Below are positions 49,978-64,000 of a stretch of 64,000 bases of DNA, piece by piece (position 1 is the stretch's first letter; each line of letters opens with the position of its first letter). The stretch is from contig NW_024704742.1 of the NCBI RefSeq assembly GCF_018977255.1, positions 130,884,001-130,948,000 of the forward strand, written 5' to 3'. The notes below the pieces were generated by a model. The model saw only the letters and a list, made by a program, of their open reading frames with translations. It was not told the origin of the DNA and searched no databases. Both the position numbers and the translations under genes were made by a program. The stretch is from Callorhinchus milii. Lineage: Eukaryota.

Positions 49978-51289
49978 CTGAAAACACTATACTGTGTGTA
50001 TATCAGTGAACTTTATTATTTAAATAATCGCAATAATAATCCTTGCATTTGATATAGCATCTTGTCAGATCATTGAAACAACCCAAAGCGCTTCACAGGA
50101 TTTTACTGTGGAGTGCAGTGACTGTGTACGTATGGGCAAACTACCTTTATTTGTAGATCATTATTGATGTTCCAGCTTTAAGCTAGAAAAACTCATAAAA
50201 AGATGAAAAATATTTGAACTTCAACAAGGTTAGCAGCCTACGACAATCATTTGTACTTTGTTTAAACTAAAGTTCTTTTTTTTGGAGGGGGGTGGGTGGG
50301 GAAACAACAGCAAGATTACATTTTGAGATGTTTTCATGTGATAAATCGCAAAAATTGCCAGTTGTGTTTGCATTTGATATAGCATTGGGACTTATTCCCT
50401 GTAAGTGTGATCTAAGTGCAATCTAAAGCACAATGGTACCTGTTATTATTCACCTCATGGAACTGTCCAGACAAACTGGTTGCCTCTTAAATGCAGTGGA
50501 TGATTTATTGGGTGAATCAGACAAAAATTGGTTATTATTCATTCAAGTAATCGCTCAGCATTTGGCAATTAATTATTAAATCTCCTATTGCAATCAAAGT
50601 TCCCCTGTAATCTGCTGGCTACACCGGAGAAGCAAAAAATAACTGTGACTATCTTAGAATTGAAAGTTAAATAATAATAATTATTATTAATCTTGCATTT
50701 GAGATAGCGCCTTATTACATCTTCAAGACGTCTCAAAGCATACAGAACATACTGCAACGTGAATTGACCATGTAATAATAATAATCCCTCCAAAAAACAA
50801 AACAATAATAAATTGGTCATTTTCAATCCATGGCTGTTTGTGGGACACTGCTGTGTGCAATTGGCTGTCGCGTTTCGCCCACAAATATACAGTCAATTCA
50901 CTTTACAGTATATTCTGTGAAGCGCTTTGAGACGTCTAGAAGACTTGAAAAGCGCTATAACAAATGCAAGGATTATTATTATTATTATCTTGTGGATGAA
51001 ATAGCAACAACTTGTCTTTGTTTCCCGACGTGAAAGGCGCTATACAAATGTAATCTTGTTATTGTTGTTGTTTGTTTCACCCAGTGGAGACATGGATCCT
51101 TCCAAAGACCTTTTTTCCTGTAACTAAGAATGTTAGGATCTAATTTGTGGTATTTCTTGGGTTCCAGGTAATGAAATGGGGACACCTTTCGGTAATAGGA
51201 AATCTCCCAAACCATCTCACACTCAACTTGCTCCAACTTGATCTACTCTCAGAGCAGAGTTCATTATTTATAGCAGATTTCAGAGTTGT

Positions 51290-51660
51290 GGATTCCTGTA
51301 GCATATTGTTTAGAGCATTTGCCTTGCAAGCGAGAGGACCCGGGTTTGATTCCCGGGCAGGGCAGAACCTGAGGCAAGTTTCCTTACTCCAGACGCCTCT
51401 GTTTATCTAGCAGCAAGTAGGAACAGGTTGTAGTGGATTGGCAGATTGCTTTTCTTGGGGGTAATAATTCCTTCAAAATAAATAAAAATAATTTGGTCAC
51501 TTCAATCCACGACTGTTTGTGGGACACTGCTGTGTGCAATTGGCTGCCGTGTTTCACCCAAAAAATACACAAACAATTCACTTTACGGTATATTCTGAGA
51601 TGCGCTTTGAGACGTTTCGAAGACATGATAAGGTTATATCAAATGCAAAGGATGATTATT
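51290..51660 (+). mobile_element. SINE family A, long variant
   Basis: Head, internal segment and tail are all recognisable. Confidence 0.88.
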
Positions 51661-52504
51661 ATATCAAATGGAAACCTTATTATTGTTATCAATCACAGTG
51701 TCTGTCCAGCTCAGCGTTGTATAATCATAGACACAATTGTAGGCATTATTAATCAGCATGCACTGCAAGGCTGGAACAGCGAGCACAATACAGTTAAATT
51801 GTGAGAAGCCCAAATGCAATCTTGTAAGTTGTTCATTTCCAATGAACAGCAATAGAGTCATTTGTTTCAAAATGTAAATTGGCTGACAATGACCGAAGCT
51901 GAACAGCACCAGCGTGAGCTCACTTCCCCCGGCCTTGATGTGTCAGCAATGTAGCCGGGTCATTTCCTCAGACAGTGATCTGGCCTGGATGGCATTAGTT
52001 CCACTGAACTGCCAGGCTGTTGCTAAATCCTCTCTGTCTGTCTTTTGTTGGCTGTTTTTCACTTTGCCATTTTTTTCAGGGCCTGAACTCTGAAATTCGC
52101 ACCCTTGCCACCTTAACCCTACCCTCCCCGCCCTCCACCCCTCCTAATCCCAACCACCAGCTTGGGTGTGGTTCCCTGACTGTCCAGATGTCCTCCTGAC
52201 GTGAAGGGTGCTCTACAAATGTAATTTGTTGTTGTTGAATTGGTTCAATTGGTTTCAATTCCTGAGTGCCAGTCAAAAAACGACTGAGAAGAAAACATTG
52301 TCAATAGCTGTGAGATGTTCCTTTGTAAGACATCCTCCTCACTGTACTCCTGCATGATCTGCTCGCTGCCTTCAAATTGTCTGCTTCTCTACTACTTGTC
52401 CAGCTTGGACCATCCTACCCGTTAGGGCTTTGGCTTGCAGGATTAACAGGGAAGAAACCCTGTCTCCAGTGACTGGTCTGCCCTTCCATGTCCTACCAAT
52501 GAGC

Positions 52505-52852
52505 TAGGCTGGTTAGAGTACTCACTTCGCAAGCGACAGACCTGGGTTCGATTCCCGGCAGGGCGAAATGTTGGGCAAGTTTCCTTACTCCACGCGCCTC
52601 TGTTTACCAGCAGTAAGTAGGAACCTGAATGTTGGTCAACTGGAGGATCGCTTTTCTGGGGTTAATAATTCCTTAAAAAAAAATTGATCACTCAATCCCC
52701 GACTGTTTCTGGGACCCTGCTGTGCCCAATTGGCTGCCAAGTTTGGCCCAAGTTATACAGTCAATTCACTTTACAGTATATTCTATGAAGCGCTTTGAGA
52801 CGTCTCAAAGATGGATAAGGCGCTATATCAAATGCAAAGATTATTATTATTA
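52505..52852 (+). mobile_element. SINE family A, long variant
   Basis: B box gggttcgattccc, internal segment, (tta)n tail. Confidence 0.88.
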
Positions 52853-53574
52853 CAGATGTTTTGCTTACAAACAACTTGGGTTTGAATACTTCAAATATCT
52901 AACTGGCCACAATATCTAATTTCCTTCTTATTGCCTTTTGTTTGTGTGACACCTAAACCTGATAAGCTGTTCTCTTCTATTTTGGTGTTGCAGGATCCAG
53001 CCAGGAACCAATTCCTAGCATATAAAAGTTGCTGCTTGCTGTGAAATTCACATGAAATGTATTAAAAATCGTTATATCCCCAGGGGCCGATCGTGCCTCA
53101 TTCTTTGTGATCCTCAAGACAGCTTATGCAATCGTACAGAAACAACAGTCTTTGTTTTGTTCAGGACTGATATCAAACATTCCCGCTGAAGCACTCCCCA
53201 AATAAACCTTTTGAAAAATAAATAGCGAGTTCATCGAGTTATTTTGCTCAAGAGTATTAGAAATAAAGTAAGGAAATAGACATTTTAAGTAGAGAAATTG
53301 TTCTCATACAAAGAGATCACCTGGTCTGTGATACACAATTGCAATTTATACTTATTATGCCTCTCACATTTGGTGGATGTCTTGAAGATCTGACTCAGTT
53401 GGTTGGGTACTCCAAGCCGAGGGGGGAATGATGATCAAAAACATAGTCAAAATGTCAATTATTCTGTTCCTGGGTTCCTGACACTCTATCTCGGAGGCCC
53501 TCTGCTTTGTACTTACCCTACCCACCTTCAAAATCCACCTTAAAATCAATCTTTTAGACCAGGCTTTCCTCTCC

Positions 53575-53925
53575 TGGTCTGACCAGTCAGTAGCACTCTT
53601 GCCTCTGAGTCAGGAGGTTGTGGGTTCAAGCCCAGCAGAGGGACTTTGAACTTGCCTAACTTGGCTGACACCCGGTACTGTGGGGGGTGCTGCATTGTTA
53701 GAGGTGTCGTCATTCAACGAGACTTTAAACCAAGGTCTGGTCTGCCTGTTCAGGTGGACATTAAAGATCCCATGGCACTTTTTGAAAAGAGAAGGAAGTT
53801 TCTCCTGGTGTCCTGACCAAGAATCCCCCAGAAAAAAATTGGTGATTCACTTCATGACTTTGTGGGACATTACCGTGAACAAATTGTCTGCCGTGTTTTA
53901 TCAAATGTAATGATTATTGTTATTG
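53575..53925 (+). mobile_element. SINE family B, near full length (best copy of the Deu-like core)
   Basis: agcactcttgcctctgagtcaggaggttgtgggttcaagccc head; core tgcctgttcaggtggacattaaagatcccatggcactttttgaaaagagaaggaagtttctcctggtgtcctgaccaa. Confidence 0.85.
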
Positions 53926-55334
53926 AATAAAAATTTCAGAATATATACTGCATTGGATTGTCCAATGTTGCATTGGAGTTTCAGTCCAGACTGTGTGGAT
54001 TCAAAGTCCCAACGTGGGTCTTGAACCCACAACCTTCTTGACTTGTATGTCCTACACACAAGCTTTCTTTTCTCAATCTTTCCTTATTTGCTAACTATGT
54101 TTCAGCAGGTTCTCCCACCCCTGCTTTTATTGTCTTATAAATAGAATAATAGAAATTCAGGAGGGAATTACAAGACCATGTGCAATCAAGGGCATTACAT
54201 GTTGATATAACCCGTAGTAGCAGAAATCAAGTACTTTAGAAAGGTCATCTCGATTCACAAGATTGCGTCCCTGCATTAGGCTTCCTCCTAGATGTTATGT
54301 TCTATGAAATGCATTGTTTTCCGATTACATTTAAAAATGCAATGAATTACCAGGCTCGAAGTTCCATGTGAGCTTGTTGTTCCCTGGAGACATGATTGTG
54401 TTGAGCAATACCATAAAAAGTCTATCAGAAGCTTTCACAGCATAAGAATATGCCTGGTATAGCATATAATGTTTAGAACAGTATTTGAAGACTCTGTTTT
54501 CACTGGATTATTGATGCATGTTGAACAAATTACAAATTAGGCCATGTTTGGGTGTGCAGAAAAGCTCAGCAAGTAACAACAACAACAACAATTTGCATTT
54601 ATACAGCACCCCTCACCCAGGGCAACATCTCAGAGCCTTGACAGTGGCAGAGCATGAAGCTGAGCCGGGGAGCTGACCGTAGGCACAGTCAAAGAGGAAG
54701 GTCTTCAGGCACGATCTGAAGATGAGGAAGGAGAGGGAAAGGCGGAGGAATTGAGGGAGAGTGTTCAAGAGTTTTGGGGCGTAGTTAGTGGATGAGGGGC
54801 GCTACGTTAATTAAGTTGTTGTATTTCCTCTTGGCCTTTTGTCGCAGGGGAACATCGATGCTGTGTGCTACCATTATTGCCCATTGTAGTGAGAGGGTTG
54901 AGGCTCAGTGTGACTCATGTGAAAAATGCCTTGCTACGGTATTTCACTTTCACAGTTATATAGAGTTACTCAGAGTGATACGGCATGGGAACAGCTCAAC
55001 TTGTCCAGCCCAACAAGCCCCCACCCCTCTTTCCTACTCCCCTCACCTATACCCATTCATCACGCTCTTATTCTGTGTCACTAAATACAGAATCAGTACC
55101 TTTATAGGTCAGCGTTATTGCAATAGTTATATGGTTGGGAACTTTAGCTGCAAAATAATGCGAATTAACTTCAAATTTAGCAGATGCCACCTTTCATTAA
55201 CATGGTGACGAGTGTTTCATTTCCTGTTTACCAACCTCACGGGCAGAATCAGAGAAGCAGGCAAGATTTTTCTGATCAGTAAAACATCATGCTTCATACA
55301 TAATCATGTTATCTTTAAATTATATCCGAATCAA

Positions 55335-55735
55335 ATAATAAATCACATCAGAAGGGCATATCAAAGAACTTCGCAGGATTTTACTGTAAAGGGTAGTGAC
55401 TGTGTTTTGTAGGTGAATAAACAGCTAATTTGTGCAGAGCAATGTCCCATATACAGGCATGAATTGAGTACAATAATCAATTTTGTTTGGTGGATTGTTT
55501 GCCAGAACAACAGTAGAAACTCCCTTCTCTTTTCGGATAGTGTAAGGGCTTTGTAACATCCAACTGAGCAGACAGACGGGACCTCGGTTTAACGGCTCAA
55601 CTGAAGGAAATTTCCACCAACAATGCAGGACTGCTTTGGGGTCTCAGCCTAGACGGTGTGAGTTCAAAGTCAAGCCCAAAAGAGTGCTGGAACCCACATC
55701 CTCCTGACTCAGAGGTGACAATGCTACTAACCAAG
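55335..55735 (-). mobile_element. Degraded SINE family B copy
   Basis: Tail, cagacgggacctcggtttaac core, and aacccacatcctcctgactcagagg head. Confidence 0.75.
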
Positions 55736-58700
55736 ACAAACTAAGGATGGGTTTCTTTGTATCTGGAGCGAGTTAAAAAGTTAAAGCAAAATGAACTGTA
55801 TTCTTTTGAATTACTCAATTCTCGTTCAATATTGTCTGTTCCTATAAAACGATGGAAAAGGCTAACACTGAATGGTGAAAGAAATGAAGTAGGTGAGAAA
55901 TCCTGGTAACTCTCAAGGTCTTTTGAGCAATGTTTCTTGGTTCTGTTCTCTCACCTCTGGGTTAGGTTGTGGGCTTAGTCTCACATGGAGTAAGGCTTTG
56001 GACTTACATCCTCTGGAACATCAAGGTGGCTGGCATGTCACAAGCTGTCCTGTAATGATCATCCCACCACACTGCAGGCAGATGTCTTTTGAATAGCTGC
56101 TGAGGAAACTCTAGGGCTTGGAATAACAGCTGCTAGGAAGTGTTACCTGGAGTCTGGCTTTGTGAACACATGCTAATATATCCAGGGCTCATTTATCTGC
56201 CTCGATTGGTTTGCAGAGAGATAAGTAGCTGCTTTTTTGGGGGGGAAAATATATGTTTATTTATAAATATAATATTTAGCACAACAAAAATCCAAAACAA
56301 AAACACAGTGGAACCATCGCTCAATGGGAAGGCACGTGTACCCGAGCTGTGGTTAGGAAGATGATGGCAATGTTCTCATGCTGAACTGTGTTGCCTGCCA
56401 GGAAGCTTGTGTTCCCAGTACCTGCCATCCACCTAGTGAGGGCTCAAACCTGCACTTGTCGGATGTATATCTCTGGAATTTCCATGTCTAGGTGGGATGC
56501 ATGGAATTCCCAGCTTGGTTTGGATACTCTTAAACCTGGTGATAGGTTTCCACATGTATCAGACACCTGGCAGGCTAAAAAAAAATCAAGAATGATCAAT
56601 TAGTGACTATCCTCCTTGGGGATGGGGGGAGGGTAGGGGTAAGTGGGGTCTTCTCTGATCTGAGTTGGCTCCAAGGTGACGTGTTTGGTAAGGGAATAGC
56701 AGAATTAAGTCAACCCTATGTGGCGGTCTCTGTAGTTCAGCTCCTGAGCCCGGTGGATTGCAGTAAGTGCTGTTGGTGGTGCTGTCTTTCTCTAGAGAAT
56801 GAGATATTGAAAACCAAGGTCCAGTTTGCCTGTTCCGGTTGACATTAAAGATTCCATGGACATTATTTGGAACAGATATGACAAGCACTATATAACAAAA
56901 ATGGTTCTTTTTTTAATTCTATTGTGGTAGTCATTCTGTTGTTCATGACATCCAATGCTGTATGTAAAAGTGTGTCAGTCAGTTCATGTAGGTGATACAC
57001 TTTGTGGCCATTGTGGGACATGACTTTGTGGCCATTTGTGGGACATTGCTGTGCACATATTAGGCTGCTGTGCTTGACACAGTCACTACACTTTACACTG
57101 TATGCTATTAAGAGCTTTGAGGCATCCTCCTGACGTGAAAGGTGCTATATTGAATGCAAAGATTATTATCATTTGACACCATCACTTATTCATAGTGGTT
57201 TTAACTCAGTCTCTTTAGTGCAAAGAGGAGCATGTCTAAGTATCGACATAGCCAAAAAGAGAGCGCTTTCAAATAGATGCTCAGTTCAAATAGATACAAG
57301 CATGTAAAAGCTGTGGCATCATTATAGGTGACACTTACTGCATGCATAATTCTTTACATTTGCAAATCAGCCATTAAAGCTCATGAATATGCTAAGATCC
57401 TGTTTGCTTTGCATCTATGATTACTGTTTATGAAAACACTACGAGGTTTATTTTCCATCAAATCTCCTGCTCCTTTTGAACTGGTTTGCATGAGTTTAAT
57501 TTAAAAGATATTAAATATACAACAGCTCACATCATACGTCAAATTACATTAAAAGCTTTCGGGTCAGGGCATTGGAAAACACTTCCATCTTTCCAATTAG
57601 CTTTAGCTCTTTCACAGAACACAGCACATCAGACCCATTAATATTGTTTTGCATGTTTCTCGGAAGGGATAACATAAGGCAGCGTTTGAAAAGAATGCAC
57701 ACAATAAAATCATTTCATTTACAAAGTGTACGAATTAACTAAACAAAAATAGCGTTTGCACCGTGTAGGTCTAACCCACTAAAAACCTGCAATATTAAAA
57801 AAAAGAAATATAAAAATTAAATCTTTATAAAGCTTCCAGAAGTCTTTAGCTCACATGCTTTCACTTTACGGCTGTTTGTGAAACGTTGCTGTGTGCAAAT
57901 TGGCTGCCGTGTTTGCCCACAAAAAACACCCAGTCACTATACTTTGAGATGTCCTCCTGACGTGAAAGGCTCAATACCAAATGCAATAATTATTATTAAT
58001 TATATTAATTCTTGAATTTGATATACATATCTGTATATATATCACCTAATCACGTCAAAATGGCTTAAGTTATTTGGTTCAGAATTATGAAAGGATTCAT
58101 TAAGGTGGACATTAATAGATTGCTTCCACTTGTCTGTGAGTTCAACCAATTTATTCTGGAGGATTGTTGGTCCAGAACACTGGCGTACAAAAACTCCTCT
58201 TTTTGAATAATTTCATGGGATCTTTGAACATCCACCTGAACAGGCAGCCAGAATTTTGGTTTAACATCTCATCTGAAGGATGACAATGCAGTGGAGTGTT
58301 AGTGTGGACAGTGAGCTTACCCACAGGCAAGAGTGCTAACAACTAAGCCAAGCTCTCAGCCCAGCCCCTGAGGGAAGTAAAGGTGAAGGGAGGCAGAGAG
58401 AAAGAATGACATTATATGTCTAGCTCTATATCTAGCTCTGCAAGAGGAACAGTGCCCAGGATGATACAGCCTCACCAAACTGAACACTATTGAGATCAGT
58501 TCCAAGTTGAAGGATGATATGTCATCCATATTGCAAGGTAACTGAACTATCTTCACACTCGTCGGAATACATAACTTCAATTCATGCAGATTTTAATGAA
58601 GTAAGAAAATTGTCTTCCTTCGTAAAGCCTTTTGAAATGAGTAAGGAATGTATTTAATACCACTCTGGATCAATGGCTCTCCTCATTTCCTCTGCCTTTA

Positions 58701-58778
58701 AGTCTCTAAAAGGTTCTAGTTCCTGACAGCTAAGATGTTTCTGCAAAAGGGATCCATGTCATGAAAGATCATTCTTGT

Positions 58779-59133
58779 GGAGTCCTGTAGTGTAGAGTAC
58801 TTATCCTCACAAGAAAGAGGACCAGGGTTTAATTCCCGGGCGGAGCGAATAGGCAAGTTTCCTTACTCCACATGCCTCTGTTTGCCTAGGAGTAAGTAGG
58901 AAACCAGTTGTTAGCGATTGGCAGATCGCTTTCCGGGGGTAATAATCCCTTCAAAGAAAAATGTGGCCACTCAAACCACAATTGTTTGTAGGACATTGCT
59001 CTGCGCAATTGGCTGTTGTGTTTCACCACAAAATATAGAGGCAATTCACTTAACAGTATATTCTGTGAAGCACTTTGAGACGTCTCAATGATGTGATAAG
59101 GTGCTATATCAAATGCAAGGATATTATTATTAT
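58779..59133 (+). mobile_element. SINE family A, long variant
   Basis: ggagtcctgtag head through to the tail. Confidence 0.88.
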
Positions 59134-59485
59134 TTATTTTTCTTCCAGACTGGCTTCCTGCTCGGTTAGGGCCCATGGTTGTGATGATCTGGTTGTTCCA
59201 GTTGTGCCGTCTCCTATTGCCTTTGTGAATTAAGCACCAGTCAGGCTCAAACTTGATCTCCCCAGAGAACGGTAACCAAAGCCAATGTCATCCCAAAACT
59301 AAGTAGCAAGGATCCCAATGTTCCTTTTCTAATTTGATTATCCTGCGGAGCCATTGGAAACAAAGTGTTGTTCCTCAAGTCCTATTAATTTATGTTCAGC
59401 CAATACTAACAGACTTAAAGGGGAAGAAACAACTAGGGAGAGCCCTCTCTATTCAATGTACTTTTGAAGCTATAATGCTAATGAT

Positions 59486-59835
59486 ATAATAATCCTTGCA
59501 TTTGATATAGCACCTGATCACTTCATTGAAACATCTCAAAGCACTTCACACAGTATACTATAAAGTGAAATGAACACAACAGCCAATTGTACACAGCAGT
59601 GTTCCATAAACAGTTGGGGATTAATGACCAAATTATTGTTATTTTTATTTTGAGGGATTATTAACCTCGGAAACCGATCTAACAATCAACTAAAAAACAG
59701 ATTCCTACTTACTCCTAGATAAACAGTGGCGTATGGGGTACGGAAACTTGCCTAAGGTTTCTCCCCGCCCAGGAATCGAACCCGGGTCCTCTCGCTTATG
59801 AGGCGAGGGTGGTAACCACTAGGCTATGGGATTCC
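59486..59835 (-). mobile_element. SINE family A, long variant; inverted relative to 58779-59133
   Basis: Tail, internal segment, and ggaatcgaacccgggtcctctcgc head region. Confidence 0.85.
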
Positions 59836-60719
59836 TCTATCTGAACAGAGGAATATAGAGTAGAAAACATTGCCAATTAGTTACTTTGCAGTGATCTAAC
59901 ATTGTTTAGGTTCCTTCCCTATTTAGTCATCTGAGAATACTATATAAGCTTTGTCTTGTTTTACTCAAGACAATTTTGTTGAATAGGGTAAGAGCACTCA
60001 ACCATCGTGATTGGATAATTTGGGCTTTGGGACAAATCCAGGATGTGTTTGCATATTGGAAGACCTCAAGCTTGACCACTCATGCTGCTCATCCCCTTCT
60101 CTTCTCTAAGCATACTGGAGGATTTTCACTAAAGATCAATCCAGGTCCTTGGCTTGCTAGCCAAATGTGAGCTGTACAGGGAACCAGCATGCAGTGAAGA
60201 TAGTTCAGAAAGTTGGCAGAAGATCAAGCGTTTTCAGTAAGGCTTGAACCCTACTTACCATATTCAAAATGCTACAAAGATCACATCTGTACAGCAATTG
60301 TCTATTGAAGCATTTTTTTTCTGGTAATATTCAGAAAAGAAGAATCCCTTTTCTCCTTTGCTGCATTTTGCCCACAAAATACACAGCTACTCCACTTTAC
60401 AGTATATTCTGCGAAGTGCTTTACAGTATATTCTACAATGTGATAAGGCTCCATATCAAATGCAAGGATTATTATTATTATTTCCTCGGTATAGTTTGAA
60501 ACCATTCAACCGCTGAAGTGATGACATTTCAAGAGGCAAAAAAGAAAGTGGTGAGATGGACCTCTTCCATGTCTCAGCCTACATTATCCATAACTAAAGA
60601 GCACAAATATAAGCTAGTGATAGTTAGTGATAAATCTACTAGAGGGTTCAGGAGGAAATTCTTCCCGCTGATGGTGGTGAGAGCATGGAACTATCAAAGG
60701 TCATGGAACGAGTTATCAT

Positions 60720-62067
60720 TTCTCCAGCTTCGCTCTTTCCTCTGCCAGCATTCCCTCCACGAACCGCTCGAATCTGGGTTTTGTGCTGCACAGCACAGAG
60801 ACAGCCCTAGTCAAAGTGACAAATGACATTCTGTCCACCTGGGACCAGGGCTCTCTCTGTCTCCTCTGTCGTTCTCGACCTTTCGACTGCTTTCGATACT
60901 GTTGACCACTATTCTTCTCCACCGCCTCTCCTCTCACCTCCACCTCAATGGTTCTGTTCTTGCCTGGTTCCAATCCTACCTTTCCCACTGTCTGCACTTC
61001 ATAGCCACCAACGGCCTCTCTAATCCCCGCACTGTCACGTGTGGCGCCCCTCAGGGCTCTGTCCTTGGTTCCCTCCTCTTCAATCTATACACGCTCCTGC
61101 TTGGCGATATCATCCTCAGGCATAGGGGCAATTTTCACTTGTATGCGGATGACACCCAACTCTATCTCGCTATCTCCTTGACTCCAGGACCATTGATGTC
61201 CTGGCTAATTGTCTGTCTGACGTCAAGTCCTGGATGAGAGCCAACTTCCTCCAGCTCAACGTTGGCAAGACAGAGGCCCTCCTGCTTGACTTCTGGCAGC
61301 ACCTTCTCACCTCCACCAATGACACTATCACCATTCATGGCTGCACTCCGAAATCTCAGTGTCCTTTTCAACCCTCATCTATCCTTCAAACCCCACAACT
61401 GTTCAGCCTTTCCACACCTTTCCTCAACATTGCCCGCCTCCGCCACTGCCTGTCACTGCAGGCCGCTGAGACCCTGATCCACTCTTTCGTTACATCCCGG
61501 CTTTATTACGCCAACAGCCTGCTCGCTGGTCTTCCCAACTCTTCCCTCCACAAGCTGCAGATTATTCAGAACTCTGCAGCTTGTGATCTCTCCTGCACCA
61601 GGCTCCGGGAACCTATCACCCCTGTTCTAGCCCGGCTTCACTGGCTCCCCATTCCTCAGAGAATCAAGTACAAAGCTCTTGGTCTTACTTTCAAGGCCCT
61701 TCACAGTCTTGCTACCCCTACCTCTTCGACCTCATAACTCCATATCAGCCTGTCTGCTCCCTCCACTCAGTGGACACTGGCCTGCTTCAGGTCCCCCACA
61801 CTTCCCGCCCCACCGTTGGCGCTCAGGCAGCATCTCTGCCCCCACATTCTGGAACTCTATCCCGCAATCTCTCCCCCTCATCTCCTCTCTTGCCTCCTTC
61901 AAGTCCGTCTGAAGACCTTCCTCTTTGGCCACCGTCCCACCCCCACTGCGCCTGCCCTCATCTCCCTTTCTGACCGCAACTCCCAGCTCAGGTCCAAAAA
62001 TCCTGATTGTACAGCACCCTGGGACGTCGTTCCAACATGAAGGGCGCTATACAAGTGTAATTTATTG
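60720..62067 (+). mobile_element. 5'-truncated L2 LINE (~1.35 kb) with a frameshifted reverse transcriptase
   Basis: LDLSTAFDTVDH, GAPQGSVLGSLLFNLYT, FHLYADDTQLY, MRANFLQLNVGKTEALL and LARLHWLPIPQRIKYK; tail gggacgtc...gaagggcgctata. Confidence 0.93.
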
Positions 62068-62069
62068 TA

Positions 62070-62478
62070 TAGCTCATTATCACATCGATAGGATGACTCA
62101 AAGTGCTTCACAGGATTTATTGTGAAATGGAGTGACTGTGTACTTGTGGGCAAATGTCGCAGCTCAATTGTGCACAGCAATGCCCCACAAACAGCCATCG
62201 AGCGAGTGGCCAATTTTATTTGGGGGATTGTTGGCCAGGACTCCGGGAGAGAGAAACCCCCTTCTCTTTTCAAATAGTGTCATGGGATCTTGAACGGCCA
62301 CCTGAACAGGCAGATGGACCTCGGTTTAACTTCTCATCAGAAGGACAGCACCAACGACAATGCAATACCCCCTGAGCGCTGCATTGAAATGTCAGCTTAG
62401 ACTATGTGAGTTCAAATCCTGATGTAGAATTTGAACCCACAACTACCTAACTCGGAGGTGAGAGTCCTACCGCTGAGA
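62070..62478 (-). mobile_element. SINE family B, near full length
   Basis: Core ttggccaggac...tttcaaatagtgtcatgggatctt...ccacctgaacaggcagatggacctcggtttaa, head ttgaacccacaac. Confidence 0.85.
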
Positions 62479-63020
62479 CATGTAAGCATACATCGTGCCC
62501 GTGGTGAAGCTTAATACACCTCTGCATCTGGTAGAAAAGTTTGCTTAGAAAGTGTTCAATTGCCTGAACCTCCACAGAGGTTGAAAGACAGAGTTAATCA
62601 CCATCTGCTGAACCATGGAGTAAGCATTAGATCACAGGAAGGTACTGTGAGCACCCCCAAGGCGCAACAGCACAATTTCTCTGCTCCTTATTTTGCTCTT
62701 AACCACAACCAGGATCAAGGTTATTAAAGATCTGTCTCCTTACATTTGTCTCCGACTGTACTCAGTGATGCCAAACCATGAATAAAATAAGGTTACGTTC
62801 ATTTCAGTGCCAGTTTTATTCACTTACCAATTCTGAATACTAGTAATGAACACTGCAGTGTTGGAATACTCTGTAATGATTTCAACAAATGGGTCTAATC
62901 TGTGGTACTTCTTAATCATTTTCTTGATAGGAAATATGGGAGAATTTGTCCTTCAGCATGTCTGATAATTTAGATAATGGATAATTACACGTTTCGTATT
63001 CAGAAATCTCTAAGAAACAT

Positions 63021-63281
63021 TGCGGCAGCTAATTGCACACAGCAGTGTCCCACAAACAATCGTGGATTGAGTGACCAAATTATTTTTATTTATTGTGAAG
63101 GAATTATTACCCCCCGGAAAGCGATCCGCCAACCGACTAACAATCGGGTTCCTGCTTACTGATAGGTAATCAGAGGCGTGTGCAGTAAGGAAACTTGCCT
63201 AACATTTTGCCCTGCTGGGAATCGAACCCAGGTCCTCTCGCTTGCGAGGCGAATGCTCTAACCCCTAAACTACAGGACTCC
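63021..63281 (-). mobile_element. SINE family A, long variant, lacking its 3' tail
   Basis: Ends ...ctacaggactcc on the + strand; the internal segment is present. Confidence 0.88.
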
Positions 63282-64000
63282 ACAGTTGGTTAGAAACTAG
63301 CAAAAATACTGTTCTGTGCCAGGTTGCTGGGGATGTTTCTGAACCCAGATATACCATTCCTGCAACTCTGGGCACTTTGTGCAACCTCGCACATAAACAC
63401 CAGCAGGATTTTTTTTAGTGGGAGCAAACGTTTGTTATGTTTTTACAATGTGCAATATGGGAGCAGCGATAAAGATGTAGAGAGAGAATAAAAGAGAAAG
63501 TTATAGGGAGTCAGAGAGAGAGAGACGCTGAGGGACACTCGGAGAAAGAGTTCACAGTGTGAGAGCGAAAAAGACATGGTAAAGGAGAAAAATGATCAGA
63601 GAGGGAGAGAGAAACTGAAAGATTGAGAGAGAAAGGCTGGCACAGTGTGGTACTGCATTAATAGTATAACTCCTGATGGAACTTTTTTTATTTAACAATG
63701 TTACCAATTTATATTTTGAGTGATATCCAATTATCCACACTGTTTGCTTCTCTGTGAAGGGGAGGGTCCCAATTAGTATGAATAGCCAGCTCTCTGCTGT
63801 AATTTATTCAATGTGATTTTGATCATCCCCACATCACTATTTCTTTCTTAGAAGCAGGATCAGGGCAGAGGAGCAAAAATGGTAGCAATGTACAGCAATC
63901 AAATACTTCTCCCTTGCTACCAATCTGCATACCAGCCCTGAGCTCCATCCACTGCGATGTGCATTGGGCCTATACATGAAAGATACATTTTTTTTTGTAT

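Noticed and set aside
297..63281. Regularly recurring conserved sequences that could suggest a CRISPR-like or satellite array
   Set aside because: Copies are dispersed, in both orientations, variably truncated and irregularly spaced, which is typical of interspersed retroposons.
57290..64000. Possible 3' end of CELF4 on the minus strand, expected from human synteny
   Set aside because: No RRM-coding exon or recognisable UTR seen; it cannot be supported from this window.

Overview
Eukaryotic (vertebrate) genomic DNA that is AT-rich and dominated by repeats. The repeat families suggest a cartilaginous fish, probably a holocephalan such as elephant shark or a chimaera; this is an inference from remembered repeat sequences, not a database result. 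The only protein-coding gene I can support is the 3' part of KIAA1328 (hinderin) on the + strand. It has four exons (7425-8113, 21082-21281, 22404-22512, 38626-38851) with GT-AG boundaries that join in one frame: 1224 nt, 407 aa plus stop, ending ...EESRMLEAIFFI*. The rest is intron or intergenic sequence with tRNA-derived SINEs (a young family A with short and long variants and an older Deu-domain-like family B), decayed L2 and CR1 LINE fragments, a ~317-bp non-autonomous Helitron-like element, an unclassified repeat family (C) and microsatellites. Almost all ORFs in the supplied track are spurious or TE-derived. I found no prokaryote-type system (CRISPR, operon, defence island) and no new protein-coding system. 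The best leads are structural: a perfect 49-bp palindrome, local duplications fused to retroelement ends (possible template-switch capture), a visible SINE/L2 tail partnership, a Helitron, and a frame-symmetric 309-nt exon pair bracketed by inverted SINE fragments. Repeat boundaries were read by eye and are approximate.
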